Source: Phoronis australis (Eukaryota; Animalia; Phoronida). Taken from it: 64,000 nucleotides of DNA. Each line of letters begins with the position of its first letter. The first letter of the stretch is position 1. A model generated the notes under the pieces. The model did not search any database. It was not told the DNA's origin and saw nothing but the letters and a program-made list of their open reading frames with translations. Of the stretch, positions 49,301 through 61,300 are shown in pieces. The DNA lies in NCBI GenBank assembly GCA_002633005.1, contig NMRA01000039.1, positions 1,034,335 through 1,098,334 on the forward strand, in the 5' to 3' direction. The position numbers and the translations under genes are program-made.

Positions 49301-52300
49301 AAGATGAACAGTTTGTTAATTTTTGGCTTGTGTTCCTTTTTACTAAAAAACTGTCAGTTCAATAACAACAAAAAATCGGGGTGTTGTGTCAGTCAACTCC
49401 CACTACAATCATCCGATTCATATCATCGCGACATTACTTAATGCCCAAAGATGGCGCTTTAACTGCTTTGATGAGGCTTCATTACGACATTCTCCTATTG
49501 AGTCCAACTTGCTCGGTTGTATAAAACAACAACAAGTTGGACAGATGACCACTGTAGCCAATATCTTACATAACTGATTAAGTCCATTCTGTCATTTATG
49601 GTTGGAAGGTCAGCTCTCCTTTATTCAATAACTGCCCTAATATCCAATAAGATCCTATCTAGCCTGACTGGGCTGCGCTGTTAAAAATTAAAGTTCGTAC
49701 GTATTGCCAATTCACGGAGTTTGACTGTGTTTAAATGCGGTCGGTAATAAGGTGCAACCACCATACTTTTCATAACGCTTGCAACATTGACACAGATACA
49801 TTGTTTTTAGCAGTATAGGCGATATTAATAAAGATACTATGCCTGATGTGTTGGCTTTATTTAATTATGCCCATTACCATCATTGTCAAATTGATTACAA
49901 AGCTGAGGACACATCTTTCTTATATGCTACAATTTTTGCACACAGTTAGCCTGATTACTTCAAAACGGGAAGGTGTGTTGTGAATACCTAATTAATTTTC
50001 ATGTTATTCAATTAAAAACACGTGTTCATGCTCACACTATGAGCGAGGGTCCCGAAGCTCATAAAACTGGACGAAAAACTTTGTTTTGATTTTTTCTGAT
50101 GCAGAAATTTCCAATTTAATTTAAAATTTTACAAAAATAGGGCTTTAAGCTCAAAAAAAAAATTCTTTGTCCGGATTCATGAAATTTTACCTTATTAATG
50201 TTAAACTAACCTTCACAGCCCTTGATAGAGCTTATCCTATGAGTGCAACAACAGCACACTTGGTCACTTGCTATTGCTGTTCATTTTGCGTGGCGTGAAT
50301 TTTGAACTCAAGATCCAAAGTAAACGTATCGTGGAGTACAAAAATGTCGTTGAAGTCCGTACAAATGTTTGAAATTGAGTAGTACAGGATCTATTATTTC
50401 ATAAATTAAAGTTTCACACGCATTAAAAATGTTTAAACTTGGATGCATTCAACATGACAAAATCACCGATCCAAAAACATAATGGCTGAATTCAACTGCC
50501 CTACTTATAGGACCGGCTAGGACCGAACATGCGGCTTTTAATGAAACGGGCCGTTGGGATCCGTTCCTCAGTAATGCGTAAGTTTTGGGTAAATCCAGAA
50601 CTAAATGATCCTTTACTGAACAAATCAGCTCGCGAGCACCTCAACTTCTCGGAGTTACTAATGCTTGAGAGAGTCCACTCCCAACTCAAGTTTATGGAAC
50701 AAGTCCCCAATGCCGATAACTGGTTATTGAATAACAGAGCGAACATGACCTCTGCTACCATCATTTATTCATTGTTGTTATTCTGCTACCTTATGTGGAA
50801 AGTAGTTCTGCTTGGTTTCAGTAACCCTTTGAAGCCTGGTATATAATTGGCCAGCGTGTTGTCTTAGCAGACAAAAGACTGTGCTTGGCAGTTAACGACG
50901 GAGCTAGATGTCATCACAAGCTCACAACAGCTCTATGTCTGTTAAAGTCACTAACAGGAGAACGCCTTAATGTTAATACCCAAAAATAAAGATTGTAACA
51001 CCAAAAATTTCACTTTAGAACTGACACAAACATGTGGATTTAACAACCAAACAACGAGACATTTGGCTTTAAGACTTGTAGCATTAGATGCTCTATACTC
51101 ACAACATCCGTCAGTTCATTCATGGAGGTCGTCAGCTGTTTGCAGACAGAGTCGTAGTTCGACTTGAGCAGATTGTAGCGCTGGTTAGCCTCCTCCAGTT
51201 CTTTGTCCACATTTTGCAGACGAGCCAGATCTCCAGCCGCTGACGAGTAACGCCTCTTGAATGCCTGCGAAAAAAGGTCCCAACATTAACCTCTCTCTAT
51301 ATTTGATATCCCTTTTCCAATGTGAAATGATGGTGTCAGAAATTTCAGCTTCTTTTCATGAACTTTCTGGGTGCAACATGCTAATTCTGAAAATTGGCTG
51401 CGAATAACAAAACATAAGCTAAACATTAAGTAAAATTGTTATTATCCTCAATGCATGCCAGCTCTACCTGCCAACTTTTTACCAGAGAAAGGTGGAAGGC
51501 CAGCAAGGACCAAGACCTCTACATAGAACAACCCTGAATTACCTCCGAATGTTCAAGAGTGTGAGAGGTAAAAGCTATACTCCCACAGTTAAGCAATTAT
51601 AATTTGGAGAGCGGAGAGACATTTCACATAAGTCGCAACTCTACATCCTGCTTATCTTATGCCACAACTACAGGATAAGTAAACGTTTCACTATATAGAC
51701 CTAGCTTGAATGTTTTTCTTGAACATGAAGTTTCATTTAAATCACCAAACTTAACAACCAAGTGTCTAGATTTGCACACAAAGGCAATATGTGTTTACTT
51801 GACCGTATAAGTGCAACACGCCTTACAAGTCTATGGCTTTCTGATGGTGTGTGTGCAATCAACCATGGATTACGAGGTGTGCGAATCTCGCTCCGAAATT
51901 TACTAGTATGTGTGTGTGGTACGACATTTGGACTTGTCATGAGGCGACAATGTTAGATAATGTGTGGCAATACCCTCTGCTCTGCAATCAGCAACTGGGT
52001 GAAGATGACCATGTCACTCATAAGTCCTATTTGTTGTGTCCTAGTGAATTGACCTAATTCTTTGTCTGGGAATGATGTCAGAGACTAGTTTTGCATAGAG
52101 AGGTCATGACACTGTAAGTGGTGGAATTTTTATCAACACAAAGACATGTCAATTTGAGAAAAGTACCCAAGTACAAACCTTTAACGGCCTGCAGATGAAT
52201 TGACCTCTATACCAAGCAACACTACCTCCAACTCTTCATCAGTGTCAGAGGTTAAAGGTCAGAAGCAGTCGTGACCTTTATGCATAACCTATACTACCTA

Positions 52301-55300
52301 CCTCCAACTCTTTTTTATGCTCTCTCATCTGATCCTGCATCTGTTTGTTAAACTCTCTCGCCATTGCAGCTTTCTCAGCTGTCCTCTCCATTGCCATCTG
52401 ATTCTCTGCAGGACAACGAACGCATTCACTGAATGACCAACAGAAAAGGCTACGTTCAAGAAATATCTGAGGGTCTGAAAAGTCACTTAAGACTTATGTC
52501 AGAAATTGGTCTTACCCTCCGCCACACATCAACTACTTCTGAAAAATAACTACAATGTGTCTGAGAATGTTCATGTAACTGCTAGTTACTAAATTCTATC
52601 TATAATTTCTATAAGATAACGCACTCGTAATTACTTGGCAAAACATTCTTTTCAGTAATTGTGAAGAGGAAAAGTAATATAAAATTTCTGTCTTTTAAGA
52701 CTTAAAATTCTTTTAAAAAATATCACTTTCATGAAACAGATCCCAGATGGTTCGCAACATAATCAACATTTTCAAAAGCGTAACTATAAAACGTACAGAG
52801 GTAAAAGCCGGCATAATCTTTCAAATTTCGTATAACATGTTGGCAAAAGTCATCTAGGAGGAAAACCTCAACTGCCTCAAGAAGTTCTATATCCTCTATA
52901 AGTATAGACACTTCCAAAAACATTAAAAAGTACAGAGACTATAAATAGGTGCATGCATTTGAATTTTTTAAAAAATTTTTGCTACAATTCACCCATTAGG
53001 GAGAGGAAATCATCATGGAAGAACTCTTACCAAAGGAGGTAAGCTTTGTGTTTTTGAAAATGTTGGTGCTATATTCTACAGAGTGAAAAACCAACATTTT
53101 TGAAGTACTCTAATCTTCATGAGGGAGGGCAAGTACACCATAAACAGTAAGTTTTACATGCACTTGAAAATGTTGATAAATATCCCTTCCTACATCATTC
53201 AGGGCTTAGATAGGCTAACCAGTAGCGTAGAGGCTTAGAATTTTGCGGGTGGTTGTAAATCATGAGTGCCCTTCACACACAATAGGCCTTTTGAAATTGA
53301 AGTGTAAGGTCAGTGAAAGTAGTTCTTTGTGAAGCCTGCAGTCATACAACTTTGTGAAGCCTGCAGTCACACAACTTTGTGAAGCCTGCAGTCACACAAC
53401 TTTGTGAAGCCTGCAGCCACACAACTTTGTGAAGCCTGCAGNNNNNNNNNNNNNNNNNNNNNNNNNNNNNNNNNNNNNNNNNNNNNNNNNNNNNNNNNNN
53501 NNNNNNNNNNNNNNNNNNNNNNNNNNNNNNNNNNNNNNNNNNNNNNNNNNNNNNNNNNNNNNNNNNNNNNNNNNNNNNNNNNNNNNNNNNNNNNNNNNNN
53601 NNNNNNNNNNNNNNNNNNNNNNNNNNNNNNNNNNNNNNNNNNNNNNNNNNNNNNNNNNNNNNNNNNNNNNNNNNNNNNNNNNNNNNNNNNNNNNNNNNNN
53701 NNNNNNNNNNNNNNNNNNNNNNNNNNNNNNNNNNNNNNNNNNNNNNNNNNNNNNNNNNNNNNNNNNNNNNNNNNNNNNNNNNNNNNNNNNNNNNNNNNNN
53801 NNNNNNNNNNNNNNNNNNNNNNNNNNNNNNNNNNNNNNNNNNNNNNNNNNNNNNNNNNNNNNNNNNNNNNNNNNNNNNNNNNNNNNNNNNNNNNNNNNNN
53901 NNNNNNNNNNNNNNNNNNNNNNNNNNNNNNNNNNNNNNNNNNNNNNNNNNNNNNNNNNNNNNNNNNNNNNNNNNNNNNNNNNNNNNNNNNNNNNNNNNNN
54001 NNNNNNNNNNNNNNNNNNNNNNNNNNNNNNNNNNNNNNNNNNNNNNNNNNAGTCACACAACTTTGTGAAGCCTGCAGTCATACAACTTTGTGAAGCCTGC
54101 AGTCATACAACTTTGTGAAGCCTGCAGTCACACAACTTTGTGAAGCCTGCAGTCATACAACTTTGTGAAGCCTGCAGTCATACAACTTTGTGAACTCTGC
54201 AGTCATACAACTTTGGGAACCCTGTAGTCACACAACTTTGTGAAGCCTGCAATCATACAACTTTGTGAAGCCTGCAGTCATACAACTTTGTGAACCCTGC
54301 AGTCATACAACTTTCCCAGTTTATATGTGTAACTAACACAGCTTAACAAATGATTACCCCCTATGTAAACTGAACAGCAGAGCCCCAGAATGTGAGGTCT
54401 ACCTGGGTGCTCAGCTATGCACAGCAGAGAGTTCACCGTTATTTGTTGCCTGCACATTCGTCCGTTTTGCTGTTAACATAATCTCCCCTGGATGAACAAC
54501 TCCTTATTACAGTGAAATCCCACGAATTTCAAACAAAAACAATCTCCAAAATTGCCCCATTTTCCAAACTTCAAAGACTTGTAATGTTGTGAATTCCGTT
54601 AGTTTTGCAAAACTTTAGGTGATGGTAGCCGTGGTACAAAACTTGAACATGTAAAATCATTTAATTAATATATGCTGACTGTGTATGTTGTAGGAAAAAA
54701 TGATAAAATAAAATTTGAACACTTGTCAGTCACATTTTGTCCTAGAAAGGAAAGATTTTACTGTAAATTATTCAACTTAATAAAACTAAATCGTATGGCA
54801 GCCCAAGGAGACAATTATACTTAAAAAACAGATTGTTACGTCTTTCATAGATATGGGAATACATTGCTTGTTTGACATGGATTCCAAGATCAGTACACTG
54901 TGCATGTATGCTTGTCCAACAAGTCAGCTTTCTTGATTTCGGTGCTGCAACTCTGCACAATGAATGACTTGCTGGCATTATGACCGAGAACATGACAGTA
55001 AAATGAAATAACGTTTGGTACTTCACTTCTTTCGCACAAAAATATTTGCCAACATGGTCATTTTCCACTCTTGGATGGCTGGTTACCTTTTTGCAAATAA
55101 TGGGAACCTTATCAACTGTTGTTTTAAGACATCTGCCTACTGCAGAGTGTGCTTGTTATACTAAAATGTTCTTGATCTCTACTGTTGTGGAGAAATTTAA
55201 CTGACTAGAATTTCTCATTTGGGCCATACAGTCACAGGCGTCCTCAGCTTCTGATCGTCCCCAATACACTACATATAATACTACAAGGTATGACACTCCT

Positions 55301-58300
55301 GACCAGAAATTCCACGGGTGCTTCACTTCAGCCGTCCATATGAAACACAAAACTCAATAAATTTACACAAAACAGGGTTTCAGCAAACCATTAGTAATTG
55401 TTCTTTCTTCTAATACCATTCACAGTGTCCTGTTCTGGCGACTTCGTAAGAAATTCGCAGTCAAAGAACAAAAATGTTCACAAAAACCCCACACACACTT
55501 TTATCTTGGGTCGCTCGAGGTCAAGGACGGTACGGAAATTGCCGATGAGTTACGGAAGTACTCAATAGTTTTTCTCCTGGAGGCTAAGTGTGAGAGTTAA
55601 CGACATCGTGACTTAACGCGACAAACCAGCAATTTTCGTACCGTCCTTGACCTCGAGCGGCCCAAGATAAAGTGTGTGTGGGCTTTTTGCGAACATTTTT
55701 GTTCTCTGACTGCGAATTTCTTACGAAGTCGCCGGAACAGGACACTGTGAATGGTATTAGAAGAAAGACCAATTACTAATGGTTTGCTGAAACCCTGTTT
55801 TGTGTAAATTTATTGAGTCTTGTGTTTCATATGGACGGCTGAAGTGAAGCACCCGTGGAATTTCTGGTCGGGAGTGTCATACCTTGTAGTATTATATGTA
55901 GTGTATTGGGGACGATCAGAAGCTGAGGACGCCTGTGTATACAGTGTGCTAAATAGGTGATGAATTACCATAGTAACCACCACAGCTGCAATAAACAACA
56001 TGGTGGGTAACAGAATTGTGACAACCAATGACTGGCTAACGAAAATAAGGTACTCATGCGAACACAAAGTGAACTGAAATGTCATTTTTTTGAAGAAATA
56101 AAATCTATTTATGACATAAATTAGGTTGTGACTTATTCAATGGATACATTTCTGTTTTTTTCATTTTAGTTAAAACAAATTTTAAAAATTCATTCACAAC
56201 ATACTTCCGAGTGGTGCACTTTGAACACGACATCAAAAAATAAACAGAAAAATGATACAAAAATTTTTAAGTTAAAATTTTCAACTTTTGGTGGTGCACC
56301 AAAATTCACAAAATTACAAAAAATAATTTGATTGCAAAAAACAGTACATTACATATCAATAATTATTGCAACTTACACAATGTCCTTATTATAGCTTCAT
56401 TTTTTATATTCTGGCGAAAAGAAATAAAATAATAATAATAATTCTAAGTGTTCTAAATGATCAGAAACGCGCCTCGATCAAAGAACAGTGGTCATGCTTC
56501 ATCCGGACGCTTCAAGACACAGCCAAACCACAATAACATGCATACAAGTAACAACGCATTATCAGTAAGCGATGTCCGGTGTAATAATAAAACACACTGT
56601 AGCCTCGCTGAAGTCACACTAACAAAAAGTCATGCGTGAGGGAACATTGCCTAGTTACTCACTCGGAGTTGGAGTTGGGATGGTGCTGACGGGAAGATGG
56701 AAACTATTCTGAACAGAGACAGAAAATCAGTGTTAGTGTACCTACCTTCCACAATTGGAGGAAAATAAACTTTAAAATGGAAACGACAAGAAATACATTG
56801 GAATTGTAATAAAATGTTATTAGAAATAGCTCATTTTTGTTGATGTCTTAGGAATGTTCACTCATAGAAATGTTATTTTGACGATCCTACAAGCTAAGAA
56901 ATGAATGCAATTTTAGTGGCTTTTGCGTTTCAAAGATTTAAAGGAATACTCCCAGGATTTACCATTGAAAAATTATGGTTTTGAAAGATGTAGTTTTTAT
57001 TTAGTAAGTTAGCAATTACAAGTTACCACAATCGCTGTCCTAGAAATCGGATTCTCTACTGCAAATCTGCTCTATTTCAGTATGAATCTGACATTCAAAA
57101 TGGCTTTGAGACAGGCCTTAAACACCCTGCTCACTAAATATCATTCCCAAACAGCAAACTCAAGCAGATGTCAGCCAAGTGCACATGGTGGGGCCCAGTT
57201 GTGCCTTTTCCACGTTCACAAACAAGCTAACATACTAGCACTTCCATCTAAGAAGCAAAGAATGCCTGAATGTGAACTTTTGCCAGTAGTTCGAGCGAAA
57301 CCCGAACTGCTGGCCTTTTTGCTATCAGTTTTGTGGCCAGGCATCTTACTTCAAAGGACACATATGCGCAGAGGATGGTTGCCTTTTTTATCATTGCATT
57401 ACACAATTTATTGTAGAGAGTGAATGTTAAAAGCAATTCAGGTGGTGAGGAATTAAACTAACTTCTGGCTAAAACATAAGCGTTTTCGCTGCTGAAAAAC
57501 TGCTACTCTTTTTGCCACTCGTGTGAACCCAGTATTGAATGACTGCTGGTTGGTGGTGAACCTATCAACATACGAGTTCATCTACCATATATATTTCCTG
57601 CAGTCCATTCTGGGATTGACCTAATTCTATGTCTGGGAATGATTTTAGCCACATTTGCATACAAAGGTCACAATACTGAGAGTGCAGAAAATCCACTTTC
57701 AATACAACTACAGCAAACTTTATATACCTGGACAGTAGAAGTAGAGCTGGAAAAAGTTTGGGAGCATACCCTTAAGAGTTCTCTTGCAGTACAGAGTTTA
57801 TTGTCACATCCAGACACATCCCACATACTCACTGGCTTCCTTCATGTCATTTTCTAAAGTAGCCTGGTACTCCTCCTTAAGCTGCTGCTCCTTTGCTTTC
57901 CATTTGTCACCCATCTCTATGGTGACCTGAGTCTTGTAAGAGTCGAATGCCCCCTGCAGGAACTTGATGTCATTCTGCATTTGTTCTGCCAAGCAAACAA
58001 CAGCAAGTACAGAACACTAATCAAGTAGTAACACGTCCCGACTGTATACTTGGTGCCCTGGGACAGTTGGTTTTAAGTTAGGCGCAGTACGTACGTAATC
58101 AAAATATCAACGCCATGGGAGCTTAAGCTAAAAATGGCACCCAGCAGTTGTTTTCGCAAAAAAAAATTACATCATAGGTAAGTTTTTAGAAATTTGTCTC
58201 TATGTTGGTTTATACCCTGTTGACAAACAAAAGGACCTTCAAGTACGCTCTTTTCCCAATATAGTAATCCTACTGACTCCCTTCCACCTCACATACCCAT

Positions 58301-61300
58301 CAACGTAAAGAACACTGCTAGCCATTGTGCATGTGTGTCTCAACAAGTCAATTATTCATAGCTTCTCCCTGTTATGGCAAGTCCTGAAAGAAACTGAGGA
58401 CAAGTGAACTATAGGTGGCGTTACCGTATCAACACTCACCAATGGTTAGGTCAGATTTCGCATCTTGGTCAAGTATCTTCCGTTCGAGTCCACTTTGTAA
58501 CGACTCAAGCTCCTTAGCGTGGAGCTCCTTCAACTTTCTGGAAAAATATGTACACACCTTCATAAAGATCAGCATAAGCCACTGAGCTATACTGCCCCCT
58601 GTGGGCCACTCAAAATAGCATGTTTCCAGCTAACACGTTACTAGGAAATATGTGATTTTTTCGTGACCTTGAATTAAGGTCAAATTTACAACTAAGTGGC
58701 GTTTGATACCATTTGTTCTTGATCACTATTTACAGTGAAAAGAAACTGCACAAAAATGTATAGAATATACCAACCCTTCATAGCTCTGGGCTGAGTTCTG
58801 TAAACACAGGAATCTCGTAAACGAAGATAGTGTTATGTTTTGCTTGTAATGCCCTTACGCCATCTTGCATTTTCGCAAGATTCTGGCATCTACGAAATGC
58901 ACCAAGATATAATGTCTAAACATGCAAAGGAGCACCAACCATGATTAAACATGGACAGAGTAAAACGTGAAATTAATGTGCTAAATTTTGCTGAAAACAT
59001 GGCCACATAACCAGATTAATGGCAGATTGATAAAATATACACTTTTACTGCAGACTTGCCACTATGGTCTTACATAAATTCCGGTGGCGCTCAGCCGTGT
59101 CATGATGGAAATTCCGATGGCGCTCAGCCATGATCATGGTGGAGTATTCCGCAAGAGCTCAGCCATTACGATGGAGAATTCTGCTAGCACTAAGACCTTA
59201 ACACAGTGAATTCCACTAAGGATCAGCCGGCATGACAGGAAATTCCACTGGTGCTCAGCCGTCATGACGGGAATTCCCCTAGCGCCAACTCATGATGGCG
59301 GAGAATTCCGCTTGATGTTAACTATCATGACAGGGAATAATGAGTTATTTTTTGAACATTTGTGGTGTATACAATGATTTAGAGAAAAACTCACTGAATT
59401 TCCAGCTCTCCTTGCCTTTTGCATTCTTCCAACTTGTCCTTCATATACTCGACATGCTACAAAACAAGTTTCAGAATGATATAAAGTTTGTTTAACAAAC
59501 AACACAGGCATCTCCTTCCTTAAAACTGTTACAATTTATCACCATCAAGCAATATTCGTACTCCGATTTTGGCAAATTTCGTACTCTGCTTTGGCAAATT
59601 TCGTACCCTGCTTTTGGCGAATTTCGTACTCCGCTTTTGGCAAATGTCATACTCTGCTTTTGAAAAAATTCGTACTGACTTTTGACCAATTTCGTACTCC
59701 GCCTTTGGCAAATTTCGCACTTCGCTTTTGGCAAATTTCGCACTTCGCTTTTGGCAAATTTCGCACTATGCTTTTGAAAAATTTTGTACATTTTTGACAA
59801 ATTTCGTACTCTGCTTTTGGTTTATGGTAAATCTTCACTCATTTGGCACACAATATGGTGGACAAGTGAATTCTAGTTAGTCAAATTTCTCCAAGCATGG
59901 ATTGCAGTGTGTAGGAGTGACAAAACAACTTCTTTTCTGAAACTCCCACTATTTGCAAAAAGGGAATCTGCCTTTGAAAAATGGAAAATTGCCATTTTGT
60001 CAATTATTTCTGTGCAAAACGGGTGGAGAATTATTACAGTACCTTTTCAAAATTGCATGGTTACCATGAATTTTTAAGACTGGATAGTAGTTGCAAATTA
60101 TTCTTATTGAAATTAAGAGCAGAAATAGAAGAACTAAGCCAACAAGATCCAGGTATGATATAATAAGTCAGTGTTATCAATTACCTTTGGTGATGATGCA
60201 TTAGATAATTCGTGGTTTTAGCAATAGCAACACTTGCTCATATTCTCCAATCAAAGGATAGAGGTTTAAGTAAATCAAGTCCGATTCAATCAAATTTTCA
60301 TTCTGCTTAATACTCTTGATTACACAAAATCGATGTTTGATCGACTGCGTCATGGCGTATGTACACACCAGCTATACTTTTTACACAAACACCTAGCCAA
60401 AGGGTCCAAACTTGAAAAAATAAAACAGTAAGAGCGTAGGGAAATGTTGAGTTTATTAATTAACCCCGGTAATTAAAATTATGCGGATGAAAAAAGATTT
60501 AAATGTGTGCAGTTTTAGTGTTGTGGGGGGGGTCTCAAATCCAATTTCAAGTGTCAAATTCTGAACACGGCGCATTCGTAACGGAAGTATGGCTAAGTAT
60601 AGGCTCTCCCGCGATATCCCAGGCGACCGGCAGTGGCGCTGCGCACTACGACTCCTTTTCCGTCGTCTGCTCCACTGTGCAATGAAGAAAATTTACTTCA
60701 TTTTTTAAAGAAATGGAACCTGAGTGACGATGAAAAAACAGTGGCTGCTGGTAAGATGTGAATTTTAATCGAAGCCTTAGTGAATCACTCAGAAACTCGC
60801 AATACTCTCTTTGTCAAACCTTATCTTAAAGCAATCCCGTCATTATTGCCAACACGAAAGACGGATTTGGTCTTCTGGGCATTTGAAGACTATTTTAAAT
60901 TCGACAAATTTGTTAAAAATTGATGGCACAAAATATAAAACGTGTACTAAGCATTACAAAAAGAAGTAGGTTTCGCGCGCAAACGCTGTGGACAATAAAC
61001 GAGTAGGTCTCTTAGTACGTGGTTGGTAGNNNNNNNNNNNNNNNNNNNNNNNNNNNNNNNNNNNNNNNNNNNNNNNNNNNNNNNNNNNNNNNNNNNNNNN
61101 NNNNNNNNNNNNNNNNNNNNNNNNNNNNNNNNNNNNCCCCCCTCCCGACCTCCCCCCATTCGATGCTGTGCACATCTACAATTGTGGTTCACTTTACGCA
61201 AATGCTTGCAGCCGGACAAAATGTTGGGCCCCCCCTTGTGATATCCTAGATCCGCCACTGGCCCAACCAATATCAACAGCAATGATGGAATCACTTCCTC

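Noticed and set aside
50501-50846. Opposed ORFs of 87 and 105 aa as a nested gene
   Set aside because: No recognisable domain or exon structure; the sequence resembles an intronic repeat remnant.
52221-52240. Duplicated donor GAGTTGGAG|GTAGTG as a coding exon extension
   Set aside because: It is 76 nt downstream of the real donor, out of frame, with an intervening TAA. It is kept only as an example of splice-site duplication.
53367-54118. 229-aa ORFs (and similar ones at 40496-40871 and 60947-61294)
   Set aside because: Artefacts of N runs.
57728-57746. 19-nt minus-strand micro-exon (ttttccag|CTCTACTTCTACTGTCCAG|gtatat)
   Set aside because: Weak donor, frame-shifting alone or with the 46-nt segment, and not needed for the open frame.
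59492-59838. Overlapping repetitive ORFs (RNLPKA..)
   Set aside because: Derived from a degenerate 22-23-bp minisatellite.
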